A stretch of 64,000 bases of DNA from Bacilli bacterium (lineage in GTDB: Bacteria > Bacillota_I > Bacilli_A > RFN20 > CAG-826): assembly GCA_017651165.1 (NCBI GenBank), contig JAGCDH010000010.1, positions 17,658 through 81,657 on the forward strand, in the 5' to 3' direction. Both the position numbers and the translations under genes were made by a program. The notes beneath the pieces were generated by a model that was given only the letters and a program-made list of their open reading frames with translations, made no database searches and had not been told where the DNA came from. Positions 35,132-45,267 of the stretch are shown in pieces; the stretch's first letter is position 1; every line of letters starts with the position of its first letter.

Positions 35132-37708
35132 ATGAAAAGAACAAAAAAATTGTTCGTCGGATTAGCTCTTGCGGGATTAATGCTCACGGGTTGTGGCTCC
35201 AATAACGCAAGTAAAGGTGGAGATTTTAGACAACAAGATATCTATAAACTCTATAAAGCAAACGGCGGAACACTCAGCTATCAAGATTGGTTAAACCAAA
35301 TCAAAGGTGCATCAATCTTATCCGGTCAATCCGATCCAGATAACGCTCTAGGTCAAGATGGTGACTTCTTCCTTAATTCAACTTCTTGGGACGTTTTCTT
35401 CAAAGCCAATGGCGCTTGGACAAGACTTGGTAACATCAAAGGTGACCAAGGCGACAAGGGTGACAAAGGCGACAAGGGTGACAAAGGCGACCAAGGCATC
35501 CAAGGCGAAAAAGGCGACAAGGGTGACAAAGGCGACAAAGGTGACCAAGGCATCCAAGGCGAAAAAGGCGATAAGGGTGACAAAGGCGACCAAGGTGAAC
35601 AAGGCATCCAAGGCGAAAAAGGCGATAAGGGTGACAAAGGCGACCAAGGTGAACAAGGCATCCAAGGCGAAAAAGGCGACAAGGGTGACAAAGGTGACGA
35701 CGGCGCAGCTGGCGCAGACGGTAATTCATTCCTTAGCGGTTTCGGAGTTCCATCCGATGCTTCAGGCAAAGTGGGTGACACATTCTTAGACTACAATACA
35801 TTTGATGTCTATAAGAAAGAACAAAGTGGCCACTGGGTCAGACAAGCTAACATGAGAGAAGCTCTTTCTTGGAGCGACGCGATTGTTGCTAAGATGAACC
35901 AATACTTCGGTTACACACTTCCATGGGCTGATTTCGATGCAGATTCAACACAATTAGCATTCGACTTCGGTTCATCTTATGAATATTTCACACTTACTGA
36001 CACCAATAACTACAGTGTCGTTGAAAGTTATGGTGAAAGACTCTTAGCAGAAGGTTATAGGTACTACGCTTCATATGATCAATACATGAAGAGGAGTGCT
36101 GACAACAAGACAACATTATGGGTCAGCTTCGGCTACGATGCAGAAGAAAAAGAAAACTTCATTGAAGTTGAATTCAGCCCAATCGTTTATAACGAAGACT
36201 ACTTCGAATATATGGAATACTCCCCAGTTGATGCATGGCCAGCAGAAGATGTTGCCGCAACAATGGGCGATGACTTCGCTTCCTATGTCACTGGTGTTGA
36301 ATACGAAGGCCAAGCCTACGAATTATATGACATCGTTAACGAAGAAGATTACTATAACGCTTACCCACGTTGCTTACTCGCAATCCCAGGTGATTTCGTT
36401 AATACATTCAAGAGCCAAGTCGTAGCCGCTGGATTTACATTAAAATCAGGCAGCTACGTCGATCCAACAGGCGATATGGAAGTTTCCGTTTCTAAGAAGG
36501 GTAGCTACACAATGCTCAACTTATTTGGACCATATGCCAATGACTTAGATGAAGCATACTTCGAACAAGAAGATCTCGGATATGAAAAATTCGAAGGCTT
36601 CCCATCTGAATTAGTTGCTGCTGCCTTCTATGACGAAAATAGATTCGCTGGTGCAAACCTTGATGGCAATTGGTATGCTGACTACGAATTTGATCCAAAC
36701 TACTATGGCTATGAAATGTTTGAAGGCCAAATCATCACAGTTGGTGACTTTGCCGACGATATCGTTAACAACCTCTTAGCCGCTGGATTCGAATATTATG
36801 CCGGTTATGATGACTATGAATTAGTTGATCCAGATCCAGGTTATTACTATCCAGAATACTACACATACGTTAGCGTCAGTTTCGAACGTGGTTGCACAGC
36901 AGTTACAATGTCATCCTTAAAGGATCCAAGATTAGACTTCGATGCAATCAACGCTCAACTTGAAGCTTGGTATGCTGATGAAGATTACTTCAACATGGAA
37001 GGCGTTGATTTACCAGATTACGACTTCGGTGATTCTGTTTACGGCAATCCAATCGATGCTTATGATTATTATGGCCTCGTTGCCGCTGATGTCTACAACG
37101 TTACAGCTGCAGAATTAGAAGGCTACATCCAAGCGTTTAGAGATGCTAACTGGAACGTTACATTTGTCCCAGCAGTTGAAGATGATCCAGAAACTGAAGA
37201 TGATGAAAGCAGAGATGCTCATTACATCGCTACATATGGCGAAACTGGTGTTTGCCCAGAAGTTACTATCTATGGTCTCTTAGAAGATGAAGATAGCGGC
37301 AAACAATTCATCGAAATTATCTGCGGTACTGGCTACCTCATGCCATCCACACTCACTCCAGAAAACGTTATTGACTATATGGTCAATCAATGGGGTGGCA
37401 CATTCGAAGAAGATGTTGACTTAGAAGATGATGGTTCCTACAGCACATTCTATGCTAACACTGGTTCAAGAGACGCTGTTAAAGGCTACATCGTTAACTA
37501 CTTCTTACCAGAAGGTTTCGAAGCAGAAGATGAATGGGAAGTAATCGCTGAAGACGATCCAGAAACTCAAGTTGATGATTCTGCTGAATATATCGCTTAC
37601 TACAACGAACAATTCGACATTGTCATTGAATTCTTCCTCTCCGTGCTTGATTTCGAAGGCACAGTCTATACCTACTTCGAATGCTACGTTAGCTACGCTG
37701 GTGCTTAA
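35132..37708 (+). CDS. Lipoprotein with a collagen-like G-X-Y triple-helix region and a large acidic C-terminal region
   Basis: [24 protein letters not shown] carries the lipobox. There are 31 uninterrupted G-X-Y triplets ([18 protein letters not shown]...). The ~650 aa that follow are rich in D/E/Y. Confidence 0.8.
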   Translation: MKRTKKLFVGLALAGLMLTGCGSNNASKGGDFRQQDIYKLYKANGGTLSYQDWLNQIKGASILSGQSDPDNALGQDGDFFLNSTSWDVFFKANGAWTRLGNIKGDQGDKGDKGDKGDKGDQGIQGEKGDKGDKGDKGDQGIQGEKGDKGDKGDQGEQGIQGEKGDKGDKGDQGEQGIQGEKGDKGDKGDDGAAGADGNSFLSGFGVPSDASGKVGDTFLDYNTFDVYKKEQSGHWVRQANMREALSWSDAIVAKMNQYFGYTLPWADFDADSTQLAFDFGSSYEYFTLTDTNNYSVVESYGERLLAEGYRYYASYDQYMKRSADNKTTLWVSFGYDAEEKENFIEVEFSPIVYNEDYFEYMEYSPVDAWPAEDVAATMGDDFASYVTGVEYEGQAYELYDIVNEEDYYNAYPRCLLAIPGDFVNTFKSQVVAAGFTLKSGSYVDPTGDMEVSVSKKGSYTMLNLFGPYANDLDEAYFEQEDLGYEKFEGFPSELVAAAFYDENRFAGANLDGNWYADYEFDPNYYGYEMFEGQIITVGDFADDIVNNLLAAGFEYYAGYDDYELVDPDPGYYYPEYYTYVSVSFERGCTAVTMSSLKDPRLDFDAINAQLEAWYADEDYFNMEGVDLPDYDFGDSVYGNPIDAYDYYGLVAADVYNVTAAELEGYIQAFRDANWNVTFVPAVEDDPETEDDESRDAHYIATYGETGVCPEVTIYGLLEDEDSGKQFIEIICGTGYLMPSTLTPENVIDYMVNQWGGTFEEDVDLEDDGSYSTFYANTGSRDAVKGYIVNYFLPEGFEAEDEWEVIAEDDPETQVDDSAEYIAYYNEQFDIVIEFFLSVLDFEGTVYTYFECYVSYAGA
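35441..35722 (+). repeat. Tandem coding repeats specifying the collagen-like G-X-Y tract
   Basis: The blocks ggcatccaaggcgaaaaaggcgacaagggtgacaaaggcgac... recur several times. All other frames give phantom ORFs (35353..35789). Confidence 0.85.
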
Positions 37709-37732
37709 TAGTTTCGAATAACAAATTAAATT

Positions 37733-37761
37733 AGGATCAGACTCAAATCTGATCCTTTTTT
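37733..37761 (+). terminator. Intrinsic terminator
   Basis: AGGATCAGA-ctcaaa-TCTGATCCT followed by TTTTT. Confidence 0.75.
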
Positions 37762-37961
37762 ATGTCCTCAATAACACGTTTGGCATTTTAGGTTAATTTT
37801 GCTACTCGCGTATGACAATTATATTAGATGTTACAAAAGTTTTATTTGTTTCAAAAACATATAAAGCTTTTCACTTGCTAAATATAGGAAAGCGACTACA
37901 ATAAATGGTAATTAGTTTTTAAAAAATTATTTTTATTACTAAAAAATAAGGAGGAAAGAAT

Positions 37962-40900
37962 ATGGCAAATAAAGTTAAAAAGCTATTCATCGTCGGAACA
38001 TTAGCGACAGGCTTATTCATGTCACTTTGTTCATGTAGTCAAGACGATCCCTCCGCACATCATAGCTCTGATTCTAATTCCGCATTAAATGATAATTCTA
38101 GTTCTAATCAATCTGGAAAAAACGCCACATTAGAAAGCATTACCGCAGTCAACAATAGATCAAGTTATGAATGGGGTGAAGAATTAGATGTTAGTGTTTT
38201 TGCTAATTACTCAGATGGTTCTTCAAGACAAATTGATAATTACCAAGTACAAGGCTATAACGGACAAATCTCTGGTGATCATACAGTCTTATTCTCCTAT
38301 GAAGGTAAGACCTGCAGTTTAGATGTCAGAGTCAATGACCCAATCATCGTCAGCATTTCCGCGGAAGGCAATAAAGACACCTATGTTTGGGGCGAAGATT
38401 TAAACCTTGAAGTGAAAGCTACTTACTCTGATGGTTCTGTCTCCAGAGTTGATCAATACGAAGTAGAAGGTTTTGATTCCAAAAATCCTGGTAATCAAAC
38501 CGTCACCATTAAATATGAAGGTAAGACATGTTCGTTCAATGTCTTAGTCAATAACCCCGCTTTAACTGGTATCTCTGTTTCTAACTATAAAGATACTTAT
38601 GACTGGGGCGAAGATTTAGACCTCGATGTCAAAGCGACATATGAAGATGAATCTTCTAAAGCAGTTTCTAATTATGAAGTCGAAGGCTTCAATAAAGAAA
38701 AAGCTGGCAATCAAACAGTCACTGTTAAATACGAAGATCAATCATTCACCTTTGATGTCTTAGTCAATAATCCACAAATGACTAGCATCACTGCGATTAG
38801 CAATAAAGATAATTATGAATACGGCGAAGCCTTAGATGTCACTGTTTACGCGAATTACGAAGATGGTACATCAGAAGAAATTAATAGTTACAGCGTTGAT
38901 GGTTACAATAGCAAAATCTCTGGTTTACAAAATGTTACTATCGCTTATGAAGACAAGAGCTGTTCATTAGACGTTGCGGTTAAAGAAAGAGTTTCTCTCT
39001 TCCCAACCACAAAGTTAGATAGTTTCTTACAATTAGAAAACGTTGAAACAGTTGTTCCTTCTCCAATCGGTTATGAAGAATGGACCAACAGCGTTGAAAA
39101 AGAACAAGATGGTAGTAACTATTTCGTGGCAAAGACTGATGATGAAGGTACCGTTGGTGTTGATTCCATCGCTGATCAATACGCCGCTTTGTTAAATAAA
39201 GAAAACTGGAACGTCCAAAGAAATAACGGTTTCTACACCGCGACATATTATGAAGGTGATGTCATCTTAAGATTTAACACCACTAACAACCGTTTCTCAT
39301 TACGTGTTGAATCATATATCGAATTCCCAGATTCAAAACTTGTCGGTTCTGTCCTCGGTAGTAAATACGCCATTAAAGATGGAATGGTTGTCGTTTTAGG
39401 CAATTACTCCGATTCTGCCGTTATTAAAGGCTTTGATAATGGCGCGCTCGTGGCGGTTGATGGTGATTTCAATGATCGCGTGATGAACACCGTGGATAAA
39501 GATGCATGGCGTTTCACCCTTAATCAATCTGGTGATTATTGGACTATTTCCGATGTTAATGGTCGTAAACTTGGCGCGACTGGCTTAGGTCAATTAACTT
39601 GGGATGAAGGTTCCACTGAATGGAAATTTACATTAACTGGTAAATCCACTATTGTTGCTAACGCCGTTAAAGATTATGGGCGTTTAGTCTACGATTCCAC
39701 TCTTAAGGCTATCACTACATATGAAAGCACTTCTGGTGCAAATATGGATTATCCACAGTTCTTCAAATTATCTGAATCTGATATCATCTATCCAACTGCA
39801 ATCTCTTTAGATGGTAGAGATAATATTGGTACAGGAAGAGCGAGTAAATTATCGCTCAAATACGAACCAGAAAACGCTAATTCATTAAGCGATGTATTCT
39901 GGTCCTCTTCTAATGAAGACGTCGCTGTTGTCGATGAAAAAGGTATGGTTACTGGTGTTTCCGTTGGTAACGCCACTATCACCGCTAAAACAAAATCAAG
40001 AAATGCTTATCTTGAAACTAGTTATGATATCGAAATCAGAGAACAAGTTTTAGATAGCTGGACCATTATGATTTATATGTGCGGTTCTAACTTAGAAAGT
40101 GAATCTGGTTTAGCTTCCGCTGATATCGCTGAAATCTTAAAAGTTTCTGGTCAACCAGATGATGTCAATATCATTCTTGAAACTGGTGGCACCACTTACT
40201 GGCATAGATCTGATATCGACGCTAATGCTCTTTCCCGTTATCATGTGGAAAACAAACAATTAGTGTTAGACCAAAAGATTTCTAAAGAAAACATGGGTAA
40301 GCAATCCACCTTTGAGTCATTCTTAACTTGGGGCTTACATGAATATCCAGCCGAAAAGACCGGTGTCATTCTTTGGAACCATGGTGGCGCTCTCGGTGGT
40401 TGTTGCTATGACGATTCAACAGGCTGGTATAGTGACTCCTTAGTCGCTTCTGAAACCGCAAGTGCTTATAACAATGTCTTTACCGCTAATAGCGTTAATA
40501 AACTTGAATTCGTCGGTTATGATGCTTGCTTAATGCAAGTTCAAGATATCGCTGACTTCAACGCTCCATACTTCAACTACATGATTGGTAGTGAAGAAGT
40601 AGAAAACGGTGAAGGTTGGGCTTATAGTAGTTGGATCGATGATGTTTATGATGGCGCGGACACCCGCACAATCTTAAAAGCCAACTGTGATGGTTTCATC
40701 TCCTATTATGGTTTATCTTGTGACCAAACCCTCTCATACTTAGATTTATCTAAGATGAATAATTATCGTGAGAAATTTGAAGCAATGGCCGCTGCCATTA
40801 AGAGCACTGCTAAAGCCAATTGGAATGCTTTCAAGAGCATCATTAGTAAAACTTATAGATACTATGATTTCTCCTATTATGGCTTAATCGATGGTCTCGA

Positions 40901-41117
40901 CTTCCTTGATAAGTTAGACGCTAACGCTTCATACGATGCTTTCGATAATGAAATCGCTGCCGCTAAAGCTGCTTATAACGAATTAGTCAGCTATTCAAAA
41001 TGCGGTACCGGAGCGGGAGCATCACACGGTTTAGCGATTGTCGCTGCTACATCATCAAATTGCTCTTATCCATCTTCAGAAACACACTTTAATAACTGGA
41101 GAAGCATCTTTAAATAA
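37962..41117 (+). CDS. Large surface protein: 4 Big_3-like Ig repeats, a central domain, a Big_2 domain and a C-terminal clostripain-family (C11) cysteine peptidase domain
   Basis: The signal peptide ends in LFMSLCSCS. Four ~72-aa repeats follow the pattern Y.WGE.LD..V.A.YSDGS...V..Y.V.GF......G.Q.V...YE.K. The Big_2 signature is SSSNEDVAVVDEKGMVTGVSVGNATITA. The C11 motifs are WTIMIYMCGSNLES, ILWNHGGA and VGYDACLMQ. Confidence 0.75.
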   Translation: MANKVKKLFIVGTLATGLFMSLCSCSQDDPSAHHSSDSNSALNDNSSSNQSGKNATLESITAVNNRSSYEWGEELDVSVFANYSDGSSRQIDNYQVQGYNGQISGDHTVLFSYEGKTCSLDVRVNDPIIVSISAEGNKDTYVWGEDLNLEVKATYSDGSVSRVDQYEVEGFDSKNPGNQTVTIKYEGKTCSFNVLVNNPALTGISVSNYKDTYDWGEDLDLDVKATYEDESSKAVSNYEVEGFNKEKAGNQTVTVKYEDQSFTFDVLVNNPQMTSITAISNKDNYEYGEALDVTVYANYEDGTSEEINSYSVDGYNSKISGLQNVTIAYEDKSCSLDVAVKERVSLFPTTKLDSFLQLENVETVVPSPIGYEEWTNSVEKEQDGSNYFVAKTDDEGTVGVDSIADQYAALLNKENWNVQRNNGFYTATYYEGDVILRFNTTNNRFSLRVESYIEFPDSKLVGSVLGSKYAIKDGMVVVLGNYSDSAVIKGFDNGALVAVDGDFNDRVMNTVDKDAWRFTLNQSGDYWTISDVNGRKLGATGLGQLTWDEGSTEWKFTLTGKSTIVANAVKDYGRLVYDSTLKAITTYESTSGANMDYPQFFKLSESDIIYPTAISLDGRDNIGTGRASKLSLKYEPENANSLSDVFWSSSNEDVAVVDEKGMVTGVSVGNATITAKTKSRNAYLETSYDIEIREQVLDSWTIMIYMCGSNLESESGLASADIAEILKVSGQPDDVNIILETGGTTYWHRSDIDANALSRYHVENKQLVLDQKISKENMGKQSTFESFLTWGLHEYPAEKTGVILWNHGGALGGCCYDDSTGWYSDSLVASETASAYNNVFTANSVNKLEFVGYDACLMQVQDIADFNAPYFNYMIGSEEVENGEGWAYSSWIDDVYDGADTRTILKANCDGFISYYGLSCDQTLSYLDLSKMNNYREKFEAMAAAIKSTAKANWNAFKSIISKTYRYYDFSYYGLIDGLDFLDKLDANASYDAFDNEIAAAKAAYNELVSYSKCGTGAGASHGLAIVAATSSNCSYPSSETHFNNWRSIFK
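38127..38984 (+). repeat. Four tandem ~216-bp coding repeats (Ig-like modules)
   Basis: The repeat period is ~72 aa, seen in the translation at aa 56-341. Confidence 0.75.
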
Positions 41118-41136
41118 GAGTTTCCATTAATTAAAT

Positions 41137-41167
41137 ACAGGGATCGAAAAAGATCCCTGTTTTTTTA
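41137..41167 (+). terminator. Intrinsic terminator
   Basis: ACAGGGATC-gaaaaa-GATCCCTGT followed by TTTTTTT. Confidence 0.8.
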
Positions 41168-41208
41168 TATTTATAATTTGATAAATTATCTTATAATAAT
41201 TGGGTTAT

Positions 41209-42981
41209 ATGAAGAAGAATCCCTTATTTCCTATTCTATCAATTGTAACCGCTCTATTAGTGGCGTCTTGTTCTAAAAAGATTGCTTCTAGTTCTTTTTT
41301 AGAGAGCAGCTCTTTAAGTAGTTCTATTATTCCAAGCGTGGAAACTTCTTCATCTTCTAAAGAAGTAACTACATCCTCAATAACCACAACGAGCATTAAC
41401 ACTTCTACTTCTAAGGAAGAAAAGAGTTCAAGCCAATCAACTTCAAGTAGCGCTTCTAGTAGTTCGTCTTCTAGTAGCCAAGTAAGTTCAACAAGTCAGG
41501 CCTCCTCTAGTAGTTCCTCTAGTTCGTCTAGCCAACCTTCTAGTAGCGTGAGCTCAAGTTCTTCAAGCATGAGTTCCTCCAGCGCTTCTAGTTCCTCAAG
41601 TCAATCGTCTTCGAGTAGTTCATCTTCAAGTAGCCATAGTTCTTCTAGAAGCAGTATTCCTACCCCTATTGATCCTTTAAGTGACTATCAAGTCATTGAA
41701 ACATTCTCTAAAAGAATGCCAAGTGAGTTTGAACCCGCGGCGATGATCAAGATGTGCTATCCAAACAATATGCCATTAAATGCCTATAAAACCATCGCTG
41801 AGGACAATAAAGTGTTATTACTAGTAAATCCTAACCCTAATGGCTCTTCGCGCATTGGGAGCGCTAAAACGGCTTTATCTAATGCTGGGGCTAATTTAGA
41901 TCACATTACTTTTATCGATATGCCGATTGATGATGACTATGGCTATTGGGTCAGAGACTTCTCGCCATTCTATGTTTTTAACGATAAAGATTTATCCATT
42001 GTGGATTTTACTTATAATAGACCCGCCAGAACGGAACAAAACGCTGTTCCTAGCAAATTAGCGGAATACTTTAATATTCCTTATTCTAAGATGGGACTCA
42101 CCCATACGGGTGGTAACCTCATGCAAGATGGACGTGGCACCGCTTTTAGTGATAACTTAGTCATCAGTGAAAACGGCATTAACAAAAACAAAGTCTTAAG
42201 ACTCATGAAACAATATACCGGGACAGAGAACTATGTGATTACAATCGATCCACAAGGTGATTACATTGCCCATATTGATTGCTGGGGTAAGATCGTCGCT
42301 CCTGATAAGATTATTGTCGCGAGACTACCAGAAAGTAACTCACGTTACTCCTATTATGAGCAAGTAGCGGAAGAACTCGCTAATACGAAATGCGCTTATG
42401 GTTATAACTATCGTATCTATCGCGTTGATGAACCTGGTGGTAATGTGGTTGCTCCTTACACCAATTCATTAATCGCTAACAAGCATGTCTATGTGCCATT
42501 AGGTAGCAACGCTACCTATAACAACAACGCGTTAGCGGTTTACCGTGAGGCTTTACCAGATTATGAGGTCATTGGTATTGAAGGATTCCCATCTAGTAAT
42601 CAATGTGCCTTCCTTAATACTGACGCTTTACACTGCCGCACTCATGAGGTACCAGATCAAAACATGTTATTTATTGATTCCCGTGAAGTTTATCATGGCA
42701 CAGTGGATTTAAAAGATAACTACGTGATTAAGACTAATGTGGTCTCTTATGCAAAGGAAGAGATTGAAGAAGTCAAAATCCACTACTCAATTAATAATGG
42801 CAGTTACGTTGAAAAATCGATGAAGCAATATCAAGAGACCACTAACTACACATATGTCTTTAGTGGACTACACCATGGTGATGGTGTGAAATACTATATT
42901 GATGCAAGTGACACTAAAGCCAATTATAGTGTTGACCCAACTTGTGGTAATTTAGATCCCCACCACTTCGTCATTGCTTAA
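41209..42981 (+). CDS. Lipoprotein with a Ser-rich tether and an agmatine deiminase / Porphyromonas-type peptidyl-arginine deiminase (PAD_porph) domain
   Basis: MKKNPLFPILSIVTALLVASCSKK carries the lipobox. About 130 aa of poly-Ser follow. Domain motifs are WVRDFSPFYV, HTGGNLMQDGRGTAFS, HIDCWGKIV, YTNSLIANKHVYVPL and DALHCRTHEVP (catalytic Cys). Confidence 0.75.
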   Translation: MKKNPLFPILSIVTALLVASCSKKIASSSFLESSSLSSSIIPSVETSSSSKEVTTSSITTTSINTSTSKEEKSSSQSTSSSASSSSSSSSQVSSTSQASSSSSSSSSSQPSSSVSSSSSSMSSSSASSSSSQSSSSSSSSSSHSSSRSSIPTPIDPLSDYQVIETFSKRMPSEFEPAAMIKMCYPNNMPLNAYKTIAEDNKVLLLVNPNPNGSSRIGSAKTALSNAGANLDHITFIDMPIDDDYGYWVRDFSPFYVFNDKDLSIVDFTYNRPARTEQNAVPSKLAEYFNIPYSKMGLTHTGGNLMQDGRGTAFSDNLVISENGINKNKVLRLMKQYTGTENYVITIDPQGDYIAHIDCWGKIVAPDKIIVARLPESNSRYSYYEQVAEELANTKCAYGYNYRIYRVDEPGGNVVAPYTNSLIANKHVYVPLGSNATYNNNALAVYREALPDYEVIGIEGFPSSNQCAFLNTDALHCRTHEVPDQNMLFIDSREVYHGTVDLKDNYVIKTNVVSYAKEEIEEVKIHYSINNGSYVEKSMKQYQETTNYTYVFSGLHHGDGVKYYIDASDTKANYSVDPTCGNLDPHHFVIA

Positions 42982-42990
42982 TGAATAATT

Positions 42991-43016
42991 AAAAGCCCCA
43001 TCTGGGGCTTATTTTA
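42991..43016. terminator. Bidirectional terminator between convergent genes
   Basis: GCCCC-atct-GGGGC with an A-run before it and a T-run after it. Confidence 0.7.
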
Positions 43017-43018
43017 TA

Positions 43019-43681
43019 TTATTTTAATTCGTGACGCTGTAAGGCGTTTTTAATGGCGTTACCTTCCACGGTCCAAAGAGCGTCTTTATACCACTCAGGC
43101 ACTCTATTATCGATTTCTTTTTCTTTGGCTTGTAAGTCTTGATCTTGTTTTAAGATTTCATCCTTCTTTTCAAGAAGCATTTTCTTCTTTTTACTTCTGA
43201 AGACCGCAAGGACGATGGAACCTGCAAGAGCGAGGGTACCAACCACCACTAAGGCAATCGCAATACCAATTTGTGATTTTGGAAGAGGAAGAACTCCCGC
43301 TAAAGTTAAGATACCAAATACTAAAGTAAAAATAGCAATACCTAATAAAAGGATAGAAATTGGTGCAAAAGCGGATTTATTCATGATATTAAGTGTTCTA
43401 TTCATTTCCGCTCTTTCTTTTTTAGCGTTTTCTAAATCACCTTTAACAGCGTTTAAGGAATCTAATTCATCACCGACATACATATTCATCATACCAGTGA
43501 ATCTATAGCGCTTTTCTTTGACTTCGCTTTTACTACCATCAGAGCGTTTAGTGACGGTAATGGAATATTCTTGGCTAATGCCAAAATCGAATTCATAAGC
43601 GCCTTTTTCGACGTATTCATTTAATTTACTGGCGGCATCTTTTGCGTCTTTAGCCACCATAACAAGGGGTTTCTTTTCCAT
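43019..43681 (-). CDS. Hypothetical membrane protein (2 TM)
   Basis: 220-aa ORF. No family recognised. Confidence 0.5.
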   Translation of the reverse strand: MEKKPLVMVAKDAKDAASKLNEYVEKGAYEFDFGISQEYSITVTKRSDGSKSEVKEKRYRFTGMMNMYVGDELDSLNAVKGDLENAKKERAEMNRTLNIMNKSAFAPISILLLGIAIFTLVFGILTLAGVLPLPKSQIGIAIALVVVGTLALAGSIVLAVFRSKKKKMLLEKKDEILKQDQDLQAKEKEIDNRVPEWYKDALWTVEGNAIKNALQRHELK

Positions 43682-43790
43682 ATGTTTAATTCTCCGAGTT
43701 CAAATCTAACAAATTATGATTTATTTTTCCATAATAAATGCATTTTTTAAAAATGTCATTTACAATAGTAGATGGCGATTGGAGATTATT

Positions 43791-44678
43791 ATGGATAAAA
43801 AACAATTAATTGCGTTAGCAGAAGAACTTCTCAAAGAAGATAACTTAGATAATCGAAGCGAAGACTTAAATTATTTAAAAAGACAATATAAATATTATGT
43901 TGGTCGTGATGAAGATAGTTTCTATGAACAAGAAGAAACAGACCGCTTTGTCGCGTTATTTAATGAATTAGCGAAAAGAGAACCAAAACTCTTATCATCT
44001 CCATACGAAGAAAAGAAAAAGATTATTGAATCCGCGAAGAAACTTTTAGATAAAAAAGAAATCATCGCTGCGAATAGAGAATTAGATCGCTTAAGTGAAG
44101 AATTTAAAAAAGCCGGTAGATGTTCTTCTAAAGAACAAGATGATGAACTCTGGAATGAATTTAGACAAGTTAAAGATGAATTCTATGCGAAGAAAAGAGC
44201 CTTCTTTGAAGAATTAGATAAGTCTAATGCCGAAAAGAGAGCTAAAAAAGAAGATATCATCAATAGAGCCAAAGAAGTTTGCGAAAAGATTGATAATATT
44301 AGAGACGCAAACGCTCAGATGGACGCTTTAAGAAAAGAATGGAAAGAAGTTGGCTATTCTGGAAAAGGTGATGAACATCTTTGGAAAGATTTCGCTAAAG
44401 TGTTAGACGAATTCCAAGAAAAGAAAAAAGAACGTCATAGCGAAATGGTCAAAGTCTTCGACGAAAGAGCGGAAAAGAAAGAAGAACTCATCAAGACCGC
44501 GAAAAGACTTCTCGCCAATTCTGAATTCACCGAAGAAGAAATTGAAAAAGTCAAAGCCTTAAGAAATGAATACAAAGCCATTGGATTCGCTGGTAAAGAA
44601 AAAGACGACGATCTCTATCAAAGATTTAATGAAGTGATTCAAAAATACTTTGAAGAAATGAAATTCTATAAAGACTAA
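43791..44678 (+). CDS. DUF349 repeat protein
   Basis: The ATG at 43791 is preceded by GGAG. Repeated DUF349-type units are present: DELWNEFRQVKDEFYAKKRAFFEE and EHLWKDFAKVLDEFQEKKKE. Confidence 0.7.
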   Translation: MDKKQLIALAEELLKEDNLDNRSEDLNYLKRQYKYYVGRDEDSFYEQEETDRFVALFNELAKREPKLLSSPYEEKKKIIESAKKLLDKKEIIAANRELDRLSEEFKKAGRCSSKEQDDELWNEFRQVKDEFYAKKRAFFEELDKSNAEKRAKKEDIINRAKEVCEKIDNIRDANAQMDALRKEWKEVGYSGKGDEHLWKDFAKVLDEFQEKKKERHSEMVKVFDERAEKKEELIKTAKRLLANSEFTEEEIEKVKALRNEYKAIGFAGKEKDDDLYQRFNEVIQKYFEEMKFYKD

Positions 44679-44688
44679 CCAAAAAAAG

Positions 44689-44710
44689 AAAGACCATAAG
44701 GTCTTTTTTT
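44689..44710 (+). terminator. Intrinsic terminator
   Basis: AAAGACC-ataa-GGTCTTT followed by TTTTT. Confidence 0.7.
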
Positions 44711-44798
44711 ATACTTGTTTGAAAAACATTCTAAAAAATACTAATTTTTTGGACAAATTTTAAAAACCTCGTCTATTGGTTAAGTAGGAGGCTTTTTT

Positions 44799-45122
44799 AT
44801 GGCTCTAAGCGAATTCAGATGGAATAAGAAAAGAAAACACTATGCCTATTTATATAAAAGAAATGGTAATAAACGCAAAAATCTTTTAATTAGTTCAAAG
44901 CCTATAATGATTATTAAAAAGAATCATGGTGGCACAAGAACGATCCACAATATACCCTTGTTTCGCCATCCAAACATAAATAAAAATGGCCGTTTTTACT
45001 TAATTCCAGTTAGCTATCTAGATGATTCATCATCTTTTGATGACAAGGAATATAACTGGAATTGGAATATAAATGATAAAAGAAAGATTAAAAGAATAAA
45101 GAAGTTTAGAAAACACAAATAA
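44799..45122 (+). CDS. Small, very basic hypothetical protein
   Basis: 107 aa with a strong Shine-Dalgarno (AGGAGG) and a K/R/N-rich sequence. No family named. Confidence 0.55.
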   Translation: MALSEFRWNKKRKHYAYLYKRNGNKRKNLLISSKPIMIIKKNHGGTRTIHNIPLFRHPNINKNGRFYLIPVSYLDDSSSFDDKEYNWNWNINDKRKIKRIKKFRKHK

Positions 45123-45225
45123 AAAAGCCGGCTACGATACCATATAATAGTTAATCACCGACTTATTCACTTGCTTTTTGCAAGTACCATTATTAAATCA
45201 AAGAAAGTAGTAAAAGGCAAGAATA

Positions 45226-45258
45226 AACAAAAAACAGTTCTGATTTAACAGAACTGTT
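45226..45258 (-). terminator. Intrinsic terminator after the rpsU-tRNA unit
   Basis: On the minus strand: AACAGTTCTG-6 nt-CAGAACTGTT followed by TTTTTG. Confidence 0.75.
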
Positions 45259-45267
45259 ATGAACGAT

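Noticed and set aside
35353-35789. Four overlapping ORFs (both strands) across the collagen-like repeat.
   Set aside because: They are alternative-frame readings of the G-X-Y coding repeats. Only the +1 frame continues into a long protein with a signal peptide.
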